From assembly GCA_028023455.1 (NCBI GenBank), contig JAQFVV010000005.1, positions 10,044,001 through 10,108,000 of the forward strand: a DNA stretch of 64,000 nt. The letters are read 5' to 3'. A program made the translations under genes and the position numbers. The notes beneath the pieces were generated by a model. The model was given only the letters and a program-made list of their open reading frames with translations. It ran no database searches and was not told where the DNA came from. Positions within the stretch are counted from its first letter, which is position 1, and each line of letters begins with the position of its first letter. Of this stretch, positions 13,636 through 24,330 are shown one piece after another. This DNA comes from Epiperipatus broadwayi. Lineage: Eukaryota > Animalia > Onychophora.

Positions 13636-13893
13636 ATATATATATATGGATTGCAAATGTATGTAATAAATAGTTTTATATTTATTTTCAATGACCAGGA
13701 ATATTACTCCTAGCCATAATACTGTATAAACACAAGTAAACAGACATCGAATTAATTGTATGCCTGATTTGCATTAATAGTCAGCTCAGATCAGAAAAAC
13801 TAACAATATTAATTCCCCATAATTAAACTGAATTGGTTTGAGTATTAATAAGAATGACAACAAAAACAGACACACTTCTTATTTAAAATCACT

Positions 13894-14765
13894 AAAACAT
13901 CACCTAATCACCACTTCCTATGCTTACACAAGCTGTTAAAACAGTAGCCAATTCTTTGTAGGATAGTGCCACCCAAGGCAATCCATAAGTAATCAATGGA
14001 TGCATACTTTTTATGCATAAAGTCCCTATCTGTGCCTACACATCCAATATCATCAAACTACTTTGTGGCTTTCATCAGTGAGGATCCTTGGATTTGAGAA
14101 CACTATACCTAGTTTAAGGATCTAATGCAACTTCCAAGCAACCACATATTACCTATTTAGTTAACTATAAAGCTATGAACCCAATAGAAAACAGTAAATG
14201 TTTTCAACCCAAGCTGATTAGCTTATAGAATCATACAGATCTGAACCCAGTTCAGTATCTATATATTTTGGTATTAATAGTTTTTTTTTAATAACCACAA
14301 TTACCATTATCCTATGGATAGTCAGCTACTGCTTTAACAGTTTGTATAAGAATTGGTGATCATGTGATGTTTTAATGGTTTTATATCAATCATGCCCATA
14401 GGATGATGATGACTGTGGTTATTAAGAAAACTAAAGACACCAAAATATATAGATACTGAACTGGGTTGCAATCTATATGACTATACAAGGTAATTATCTT
14501 GAATTGAAAAACATTATTTTGTTTGTACTTTGAATTCATAATTTTATTATTTACTAAATAAGTATAAATTGGCTGCTGGAGAGTTATATTATATCCTAAG
14601 ATCTAGGCGCAATGCTCCCAAATCCAAAGCTCTTCGCTTATGAAATTCACAGGCTAGAAACTAGTCTGTGGATATTGGATGAATATGCGCTAGATAATCT
14701 TACACCATCCATTAATTACCATAGCTTGCACTGTATAGCACTACTGTATGGCTACTGTTTGAACT
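13894..14765. repeat. Head-to-head inverted pair of the hammerhead-bearing repeat (copies B, minus, and C, plus)
   Basis: The arms include a perfect 29-bp inverted match (14244-14272 / 14439-14467). HHR-like cores lie at 14072-14078 (-; intact CTGATGA but GAAA deleted) and 14637-14666 (+; CTTATGA...GAAACTAGTC). Confidence 0.85.
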
Positions 14766-17369
14766 TTTTATTTGCTGGTTGTTGTTTTTTTTTTTAATTT
14801 TGACTTGGATACTAAAGTTTTTTTGTTTTTTTTATGTGTGTGCAAACGTATTTTAAAAAGATAGAATTTCCGCCCAAATAATTGTTACGAGACAGATAAA
14901 ATTTTACACTATTTACGAATATTTAGTTTAAATTTTATATCAACTGTCTTCAGTTAAATAATAGAGGTCGCTACGTAGTATGTATAATAGACTTTCATTA
15001 TGAGGATTCCATTTTATGCCATACGAATATCCAAATAAAACGATGTTTATTGTAACCTGAATACGTTTTTCTTTTAAATTTGACTTAAAAATGTAAGATT
15101 ATATGGAATTGGGTAAGATTTTGATATTTAAATTCTATAATATTTTTTACAAAAATTATCACGGCTTAACATTTTTAAAAGTTTTGCTTAATGAAATTTA
15201 ACATATACTTTTAATAATAAATTTAAGTAAATTTTTGTGAGTATTTGAATATATTTGTATATTGCAAATAAAAAAGAACATTTCCTGGGCTGCAGCAAAA
15301 TTAAATAGGGGTTTAGTTTAATAATAAGAGTGACTGATTGTAATTTAAGGTTCACGGAACGCGGCCAGCTCTTAATTTCGATTTCTAATTAACTCTCAAA
15401 CAATACAGATAATTTTAAAAAACAATAATTTAGTCTCCGAGCTTATATGGGAAAAGTAATATCGTGATTATTCTAAGTTAACTTGCATCCTATTATTATA
15501 AACCCTAATTTAGTAATAATCAAGAAGAAAGAAATTGTCAGTTGTAATACTAAATTTACTCTCATCTATTTTTTATGTCAGATGCTTCATTCATTCTCTG
15601 ATTTTGTAATTTATTCGGATAGATCTGCTTGATCCCTTCTGCCTTGTTCATCTGATGGTTAAATTATGCATATTTAATTCTCATAACTGGTCAGTAATAA
15701 CACAGGAATTACCTAATTATGTTTTGCCCTTACATTCATCTATTTATACATGTAATGTATTAATATTTTTCTATTTATCAAATAGTATTTTATGTTGAAC
15801 GACTAAATTTTATATTAAGCTTAATGGAACATGTTAATTTGGTAAACAGTTCACTATTCAAAATCTGTATTTGTTTAATTGTATTTATTTTTTTTATCAA
15901 TAATTTTGTTTTAGATAAACATTTTACTTACTAAAATATAAAATAATTTTATTGATGATTCAATTGGAATGTTTTTTTTATAGCTTCTGATGTTTCCATC
16001 TGAGGTTTTTCAACTGTCATGATCACATAGCATTACTGTATGGATAGTTTGGTACTTTTATTAGTTTGTGTTATATCTTTGAGGTAACTAAGTGAAGTGG
16101 TACATTTATGTAAATTGATCAGGGTATTTGTAATATTGAAGTGTGTTTAATTTCTGTTCATCTCATGAATTTTTTTTACTCTGATAAATTGTTCTGTAAA
16201 TGTTACATACTTCCTTCTATTTGATTAACTGACATAAGATGAACCATTGATTAATGCAGTTGAAATTTTTATGCATAACAGAATAGGGTATATTCACTAA
16301 ATTAAGATGAAGAGAAACAATACTTGTCATAGAACATATTTTTCTATTCTTTTTCTATAAATAGTATTGTAGGTTGCAGACATAGATAGGTTAAAAATTA
16401 ATATATTAAGTGAGAGTAAGGAAGAGAATTCAGTCTCTCTCATATAAGGTTTTTTTTTACTATTGTGTAATTTTGTCATGAAAATATTTAATAAAATAAT
16501 AAAGATTGAATTGTTATAGCTTCAGCAAAAATGGTTAACTTCTTACATATATAGTTTCTTATAAGTATTTTTTTTCTCTTTTATTTATAAAAAATGATTT
16601 AACACCAAAGTGAATTGTTTTCTCTTATGTTTATCCCAGCATTAAAGCATTGATGTTATGTTCGCCATGTAATTAATAATTATTAGGTCATAAAATAGTA
16701 TTGAGTTGTCAAACTGTTGAGCTATTTTAAATTAATTACTTCATAAATATGTCTGTGGATTTGACAGAATTCCAAATGAGATTATCATCTATAAATATGA
16801 TGCCAGCAGTTTCTTTATGAGAAAAGTTCATTTAAAAAAATCTTGGACTATAATTTATTCTGGTTTTATTTCTTCAAAAATATGAAAAGCAATCTAAGGA
16901 AAACATGCCAAACAGTCATACTTTATTCCTGTAATTTGAATTCAATAAACCATGAAGAGCAATTACATTGTTAACATCTTTTTCACATTTTCTACTGTTT
17001 TGTTTTTTGTTTGCCCTCATCAATGCCATTTGCTGTTATCACTAAAAAAAATTCTCATTGAATGTTGTATTAATCACACCTATTCACAGTATTTGTTTTT
17101 TAACGTTTTTTTTTTGTTCATTAAATATATAATTTTCAGATTTATATTCTAAATTTTATATTTATAATTTAAATAAAATATATTAGATCATGTTTCAACC
17201 ATTATTTTATGTTTCAACTGTGTATTATTTTCTGTTTTTTTTTATGACTTGCTGTCATTTTGTAATACAATTTCTCAATGAATATTTGCAAAGATAATTT
17301 ATTAATCCCTTATGAAAATAAGATATTAAATGTTGTATGTAATAGTTAATTAATAAATTATAAACTGTG

Positions 17370-17785
17370 ATATTCAAAATTAAATTGAGAGAGTGCAAAC
17401 TTCGCAAGCGCTTGTGACTATTAGTAACCAATCAGATCTTAAGCACTGGGACAGAGAATTTAACAAAAAAAGTGTGGGTCCACTTTCTTCTTTACTTGTC
17501 TTTCTATATATCCAAGCCAGTCCAAAGTACTTATATCTGAGAGCGTGAATCTTAAATATCATCACACTTAATTGACTGAGTTCAAATTATAAACATACAG
17601 CATGAAATCTTTCGATTTACTACACAGTCGTTTTTCGATGTTATAACTTTGCAGCAATATATGTAAATAATATTTTTATAAAGCGCAGACGGTATTGAAA
17701 ATTAAATTGAGAGAGTGCAAACTTTTCAAGCGCTTGTGACTATTAGTAACCAATCAGATCTTAAGCACTGGGACAGAATTTAACA
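17370..17785 (+). repeat. Near-identical ~90-bp direct repeats flanking a ~235-bp spacer
   Basis: aaattaaattgagagagtgcaaactt..caagcgcttgtgactattagtaaccaatcagatcttaagcactgggacaga occurs at ~17378 and ~17700. Confidence 0.9.
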
Positions 17786-18649
17786 AGAAGCTCATAAGAA
17801 TGATTTCAGATGAATCTGTTCTCATCTCTGTCAAACTTTTAAACTTTACCAATAACAAATCAGAATAATTTTGCCATTTAAATTAAAGTGATTTCATTTA
17901 ATTTATGGTGTGGAAGATGAAATATAATGCTCTTTACTATCTCTAAACTCACACATTGTAGTTTCCAATTCAAAAATTGACTCATATATAATATTTAATA
18001 TCTTATTTTAATGATGAGTTGATAAAAGGCAGTTGTATGTTCTCATTCATATAAAAGAGCTAATTGAGTGGTTGTTGAAATTGGAAGATCATTTGATGAT
18101 CAAACACCAAAAAGGATAAAGATGAGTTGTACACTGAGGAATTTGTCACTTTATCACTATTCTATCTCTATAGGGTATAATATAAGTTATAGCTCTTCAT
18201 TGCATTAATTACATTTATTGCTGTATTTAGTAATCCTGGTTTAATAGATAATATAGTTTTAGCAAATGACCTACATACGCACCGAGCATGGAGTGACGCA
18301 TGTACTAAAGTTGAAAGATTGATAATAATTCTCAGTAATATCCCCGAGTAAATACAAATAAATACTTCCTGAAGAATTATTAGAGAAGGGGGATTTAATC
18401 TTAAATAGATCAATCAAAACCCTCCCTTGTTAAATTAAATCCATTTCCATCCAATTATATATTTTACTGTTGGCCTTTTTTCTTTCTTTGCATACCTTTG
18501 AAAGTACTGTTCTATCATACAGTCTTTGCGCGCCATCCCCGTTAAAGAATATATCCCCACTCACTTTTCTTTTCTCTCCCGAGAGAGTATGCAAATAAGT
18601 TTTGACCACTATAATTAATGGAATAAATAAAGAAATACTTGGATGCTAA

Positions 18650-18741
18650 GTAAGATTATAATTATCCCCCCCCCCCCCAATAAGTTTATCCCACTAACTA
18701 GCTCATTATATTATTTCTCATCTCAGGTTATTTGGGTAAGT
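18650..18741 (+). other. Candidate 77-nt intron followed by a 9-nt micro-exon
   Basis: Donor GTAAGA (18650), branch point CACTAAC (18692-18698), pyrimidine tract and CAG (18724-26), exon GTTATTTGG (18727-35), donor GTAAGT (18736-41). Confidence 0.5.
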
Positions 18742-19610
18742 ATGTTGATTACATATCTGTAATGTTTATGAATTACAAATAGATTTTAAACATAAATGAC
18801 TCGTACTGAAACAGTTTAAAGATACAGAATATTATTATTTATTTTACCCCTTCCTTACACCGAATACATATTTACATAATATAAGCTTGTATCATAAATT
18901 CATTTATTGATTTCTTTTAAGCAGATTGATTCAATAAATATTTGTCTATTAAAAAGAAACTTAATTTCTTAAAAGAAAAGTTTGGCTAATCTATAAATTA
19001 CTTTAGTCAGTTCAAAGCATATAAAATATAAAAAATAGTTGCACAATGGGTTGGTCTATACCCCCTCCCTGCTTTATGAATAAATGTGTAATTAATGATA
19101 AAAAAAAATGGATTTTTAAGTTTATGAATCTGTCTAACATTTATATTTTCTTTCAAATTACTTTTTAATATGAATACACATAAGTATTTTCTTGCTCAGA
19201 GTTATTTGTTAATAGACATCATCGACATCACCCTTATTCTGGACATATAGTGATAATGCTTAAATTACACGAGCACTAAGACACTCAACATGAGTTTTGC
19301 TGCCTCCATGATTTGAAATAAGTAAAATAAATAAATAAAGGGATCCTACATGTAGTGGATCCATGTTAGACACATGGTGTAAACCTTCAAAATGTTACAT
19401 ATCAAAAAAAAATTGTTAAAAGAAAATGATTCGTAATGATAATATACAAACACGTAAGAAAATATATAATATACAACACACAATTAATAATATATTCAAA
19501 AAAATACAAAAAAATGTATAAATGTGGTTTTAATTTCTCCTTATTTGTAATAATAAAAATACTTAATTGTAAATATTAGAGAAAAAAAGAATATAGTTAA
19601 TAATAAATTT

Positions 19611-20330
19611 GGCTGAACGTTTTCGAGGAACCGTGCCTCATACTCATAGCCTTAGTGAAAATATACATTCAGCCTGGCTTCTTAATTCCCTCCAAATTCG
19701 ACTTCTAGGCGGACCATATGACCACTAAACAGGGCTGCAAAGTTTCATTTTGCCTAAACACACGCATTGTCTAATTCTTCAAACAGGGTAGCTGGAGTTC
19801 TCACACTCACATCTTGCCAACGAGGATATCAATTTGGCAGGTGCACTGCTATGGAAAGTGTACTCCATCTTTATTTGGTCAACTAAACAAAATATTTGTA
19901 CCTCTGTCATGTTTCTTTCCAGGATACTTTAATCTAACTTTCCAACTAGTTGGTTTTTATGGCAGACCTTTTCATAAGGAATAGTTTTTATAAGTTCACT
20001 TCAGCTGCGAACTAATTTTCGCAAACTAGATAATGACGGTTTATAGTTCCAGTAGTTCTCCTTTTTAAATTATAGGTGAGTCTTTTTAATAGAGAAATAA
20101 ACAAAACTTTTGCTTCATTTCTTTTTTTAGAATTGGCGTATTTCCATGAATGAATGATTTTTAATAATCATGTTGATTCTCTCTCCTTTCCATCGGTAAC
20201 AGTAGGAATAAAACCCATAACGGATTTTCAATAAACTATAACCGCCAATCCAAACTAGATATGAAGGTACCACTGCAGTAAATATATATAACCGTGCACA
20301 GAAAAATCAGCATAAGAATGATTGAAATTG
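19611..20330 (-). mobile_element. Penelope-like element remnant (family 2) with 5' inversion and 3' hammerhead-like motif
   Basis: Minus strand: 'KSFIHGNTP' (NGYP-like), 'TIPY', 'DGVHFP*QCTCQIDILVGK' (GIY-YIG-like), 'RIRQCVCLGK'. HHR-like motif at 19611-19651 (GAGG cacggtt CCTC GAAA ACGT TC AGCC). Segment 20190-20330 encodes the preceding RT-thumb part ('AVNIYNRAQK') on the plus strand. Confidence 0.6.
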
Positions 20331-20985
20331 CCAGAGTGAATCCAAGCATGAATGAGAATGAATAATCAATCAATAATCTAAACTGAACTGAATAAGCACC
20401 TGGTAAATAGCCTATATAGTCTGCCTATCGGCCACAATTTCATTACCCCTCTATGAAATATTGCCTCATCTAACAAATTACTAATTTTATCTTATGTACA
20501 TTTCTTTCAAAATTTTGTTTTAAAATCTCTCTTTTTTAAATTTTTAGAAAATTAACAGGTTTCCATCTTGGAGTAATTACCTACATTTTTATTTCGATTT
20601 CATTTTTACAAAACAAATTAAAAGAAATTTTTCTTAATACAAACATATAAGTATAAAGACAATGATTAATTACTTATAAATCCATTACTATAATGGAATA
20701 AAAAAAAAAAAAAGAATTTTACATTCTTTCCAAAAAAAGAACTTCACATTATTTTTTAAAAAAAAGTTTCTACAAATAAAAAAAAATATATACACAAATC
20801 TTTATATACGTGTGCGTTGGAACATTTACAAATAAGAATATAACTGAAACAATTTTCAATTGGATGGACGGTTGAAGAGTTGGAGTGCGGATTAGATTGA
20901 AGCCTGTCCATTAAAGTATGAAGATTGGTTATCTTAATATATATCTGAGCACTTACAGTATATATGTGTAGAGATGGTAATCTGG

Positions 20986-21029
20986 ACCAACTGATGATTG
21001 CTGGTTTAGCATGAAATACATATATTGGT
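20986..21029 (+). ncRNA. Minimal type-I hammerhead ribozyme with intact catalytic core
   Basis: ACCAA-CTGATGA-T-TGC tggttta GCA-T-GAAA-TACATA-TA-TTGGT. Perfect 5-bp stem I, intact CUGAUGA and GAAA, NUH triplet AUA. The base of stem II is U.U instead of G-C. Confidence 0.65.
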
Positions 21030-22099
21030 GATTATTTATCTTTTCGACATATATGTGTTCAAGTGTATCAGTGTTATGAGATAGAGTGGAGAATGGTGGG
21101 TGGTGTGAAGGTCTGTGCTCATATACCCTATATATTAAATAATATAATATAAATAATAATAAAAAATGTTCCAAATGTAAACAAATGTTCATCCTCCCCC
21201 TTTTTTTTGTACATGTATAAATCACATAATTATGAAATGATAAATAATTATATCCACTAGATAAATTTATTAGTGCACACAAAAAGTATTTACAGTAATA
21301 TATGTGTTTGTAGTGTATGTGTGTGGATAGGGATATAGCATAGACCAACTCCCATTATTTATGCAACAAGTTTTTAATAAAATCAGCTGTGCCAAATCCT
21401 TGGCTACAGCCATCTTGTGCAAGGACGTTTTATGGTCTGGTACAATATATTACAGTTACAAACGTTAAAGAATATGCCACTGTAAACAGGCACAAAACAA
21501 AATCATTTAGCATGAAACCAAGTTTCAAAATCTTACACATTTTTGTCTTTATATAGTACTGAATAGTTATAGAAATATTCATAAATATAACCAGTAGTAT
21601 TGTTTATTTATATTTATAGTTCATTTGTCAATATGCTAGCATTAGATTATCACATTTAAATAATTCATTTTACTAATTTTTTGTTCTTTCAGGAATTTTA
21701 TCAAATAGTTCAATGGTTATCATTATACTCAAATTTTATTGTTGTAGAATTTTGTTAAATAGTTCAATGGTTTTCAAAGACTCCATACTATTTTAGAGAA
21801 TCAAGAAACACTATAGATATGAAAAGTGTTTGGAGCAAAGGTATAACTTAAATATTATTGATATGGTTAAAGCATTGCATTCAATTCAATAAATTTTTCT
21901 TAGTGTTTGAAATTAGCTTGTTGTCCACCAAAGCTTATTTATATTACACTGCTTCTCGGAAATATTATTACTTCTGGTGAAAAAATTAGACATTTGAAAT
22001 AAAAACTGGTTTTAAACATTGATATGTATTAGTTCAAACTTTGTTGTTTTTATGACTGATTTTTGGAATAGTGTATTGATGTCTTTGAAACAGCCATCA

Positions 22100-22700
22100 A
22101 AATGTGATATAGATTTGGTATTGTAATCTTTCATAGCTTCGATAGTTATCATCTTAAGACTGGGAATTAACCAAAATATTTTGGTTGCTTTTTGATGTAA
22201 AGATGGATCTGATAGATGAAGTGTAATAAAGATTATAATATGTTGCTGTTATATTTAGCAAGATAAAAGATAAGATATATTATTATAATGGTTTGGCTAA
22301 ATGGAAGTAAATAAGCTGTACATAAGACGGTATTTTGTATGGAATTGTGATACAAATTTCCTGACGATAAAATTAAGTAGAAATTTTTTTTTAAAAAATG
22401 CTGCATAAGATTCTAAAAATATGATGACAAAGATCATGATTCTAATCAGTGCTGGCTTATTGTAATTCTATAAACTCTACTATTAGAAAGTCAAGTCTTT
22501 GTTTGTTTGGACATATACACTGAATAAATCATTACCAATTTCTTAAAAGCATTTCATGGTGAACTTGCTCATAGATTTTATATGATTATCTCAAAACCAA
22601 TTTAAAGTAGTATCATATTGATTATTTTTATTGGGAAGTTAAAGTTCAGATAGAATACATTTAGAGAATTACAAACCAGGGTAGGAGATGAAATCTTTCA
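22100..22700 (+). mobile_element. Possible degenerate Mutator-like (MULE) transposase fragment
   Basis: Frameshifted reads 'DKIYYYNG', 'YF.WNCDTN' (cf. C.WHVDRAW) and 'ITNFLKAFHGEL' (cf. RTNN..EAFH). Confidence 0.4.
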
Positions 22701-24149
22701 TAAAGCTCACTGCAGATGTTGAATAAGAATAATCAACCAACATGATATATTACTATATTACTTCAAATTTAAACCACCCTTGAATTTAAGCTACAGTAGG
22801 ATTTTAAAATTGGGAAAAAATATAAAAATGAATTTATAATAAATATTGTAAAATCTCTGAATGAATGGTTGTCAATGATCATAATACTAAGTGTGCAGTA
22901 GGATTATAAAATTGGGAAAAAATATATAAATGATTTTATAATAGGTATTGAAAAATAATAAACATTTTTATTTAGTTAAATAGGAATAAAATAAAAGTGT
23001 GAATGGGGAACTCTTGAATAAACTGCTATTAATAATTGTAATACTATGCACATACTTAGAGTGTAATGCAAAAATGCAGTCATTGGGGAGTGGAAAATTG
23101 GCAGAAATAAGATATTAATATATTTGTTTTGAATTTAAGTTGCACCATAATTTTACTTCAAAATTGAAATAAAAAGTAGACTTAAATTCGACGTAATATG
23201 ATAATCTATTGATAGTTCACAGATTGAATTTATATTCCATAATCACAAAACTTTATTCTTTGTCTTTCTGTTTTTTTTTTTCTTCTTGAGTGATTATATT
23301 CATTTACTTCTGGTAACAATATAAATATTTGTCAAAATATATCTCCTTGTGGTCTTACTCTTTTTAATAGCTATTTCATTGTGAGAATGAGTTCATCTGT
23401 CTTGTTGTTAATCTGTCTTTCTATTTTAAAAAAAAAAAAATTGAACTTTTTAATATGATAGATTTCAGTGCATTAGATCTCACCCAATGTTAAAAATAAT
23501 AATTTCAACTTACTGTAAACTACACAAGCCTAATTCAATCATATGCTCACATTATTTTCTGTATATTATAACATACATAACAATCAAAAACCTTAATATA
23601 TTCTTTTGCAACTTTTCCCCCTTACTTTTGTATTTATATTTGCGATATTAAAATTGCATTCTGCACATCTTTCTGATTCCTTTTCTTTATTTTGACAAAA
23701 ACATGCCTTCTCTTGAAATTGATGAAAAAACTATTGATACTACATGATCTCATGTGTCACTAAAAAGCTGGGAATGTTTTTTAAAAAAACACTACCGCAT
23801 TAAAATATATTAAAATAAAAATTATGAAAATTTTAATAAAAGGGATTATTTTTAACATTAGAAACTAATTGTAATTTTTGAAAACATTTTATAGGACTGT
23901 TATTAAGTATTTTTAGATATTTTTCTCAAACTATTTTTATTATATTAGATTTATAACAGTATAAAACTAACAAAACATCACATGACCCTAGCTTACATAA
24001 TGCTATTCAGTAGGAATTTTTGTTTTCTCATCCCAGTTATGCCACTCAGTGTAAGCTTGGATAAGTGAATACATTCCAGATTGTTGCCTTTGATAAATCC
24101 ATAACCCAATTTAATTTGGCCTAGTGGTTTCACAAAATCAAGTAACCAG

Positions 24150-24330
24150 CTTCTGGAGGGAAGTTGCATTAGATTCAAAGAAATTTAGGTGAATTATTCC
24201 AAGATCCTAAACTACTCCTTTATGAAAGTCATAAGCTAGAAACTAGTCTGGGGTTATTGGATGGGATAGTACTAGATAGGGATTTATTAAGTCCTATCAT
24301 TTGGCATCTAGTGATTATTCAGCCTTACAC
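24150..24330 (+). repeat. Copy D of the hammerhead-bearing repeat (CTAG family)
   Basis: ctggagggaagttgcattagattc...TTTATGA-A-AGT cataa GCT-A-GAAA-CTAG-TC-TGGGG...tattggatg, homologous to 878-1100. Confidence 0.8.

Noticed and set aside
20953-21348. 131-aa minus-strand ORF and the other 60-100 aa ORFs in the track
   Set aside because: Low-complexity I/Y/F/L/K composition expected from AT-rich DNA. Those with real similarity are TE remnants listed above.
21990-22200. Minus-strand 'MKDYNTK..FD' piggyBac-like motif
   Set aside because: Isolated. The plus strand fits a MULE remnant better.
22790-22960. ~100-bp-period duplication; similar ones at 37020-37510 and 28990-29400 vs 61340-61740
   Set aside because: Real but ordinary diverged duplications or old repeats with no diagnostic features.
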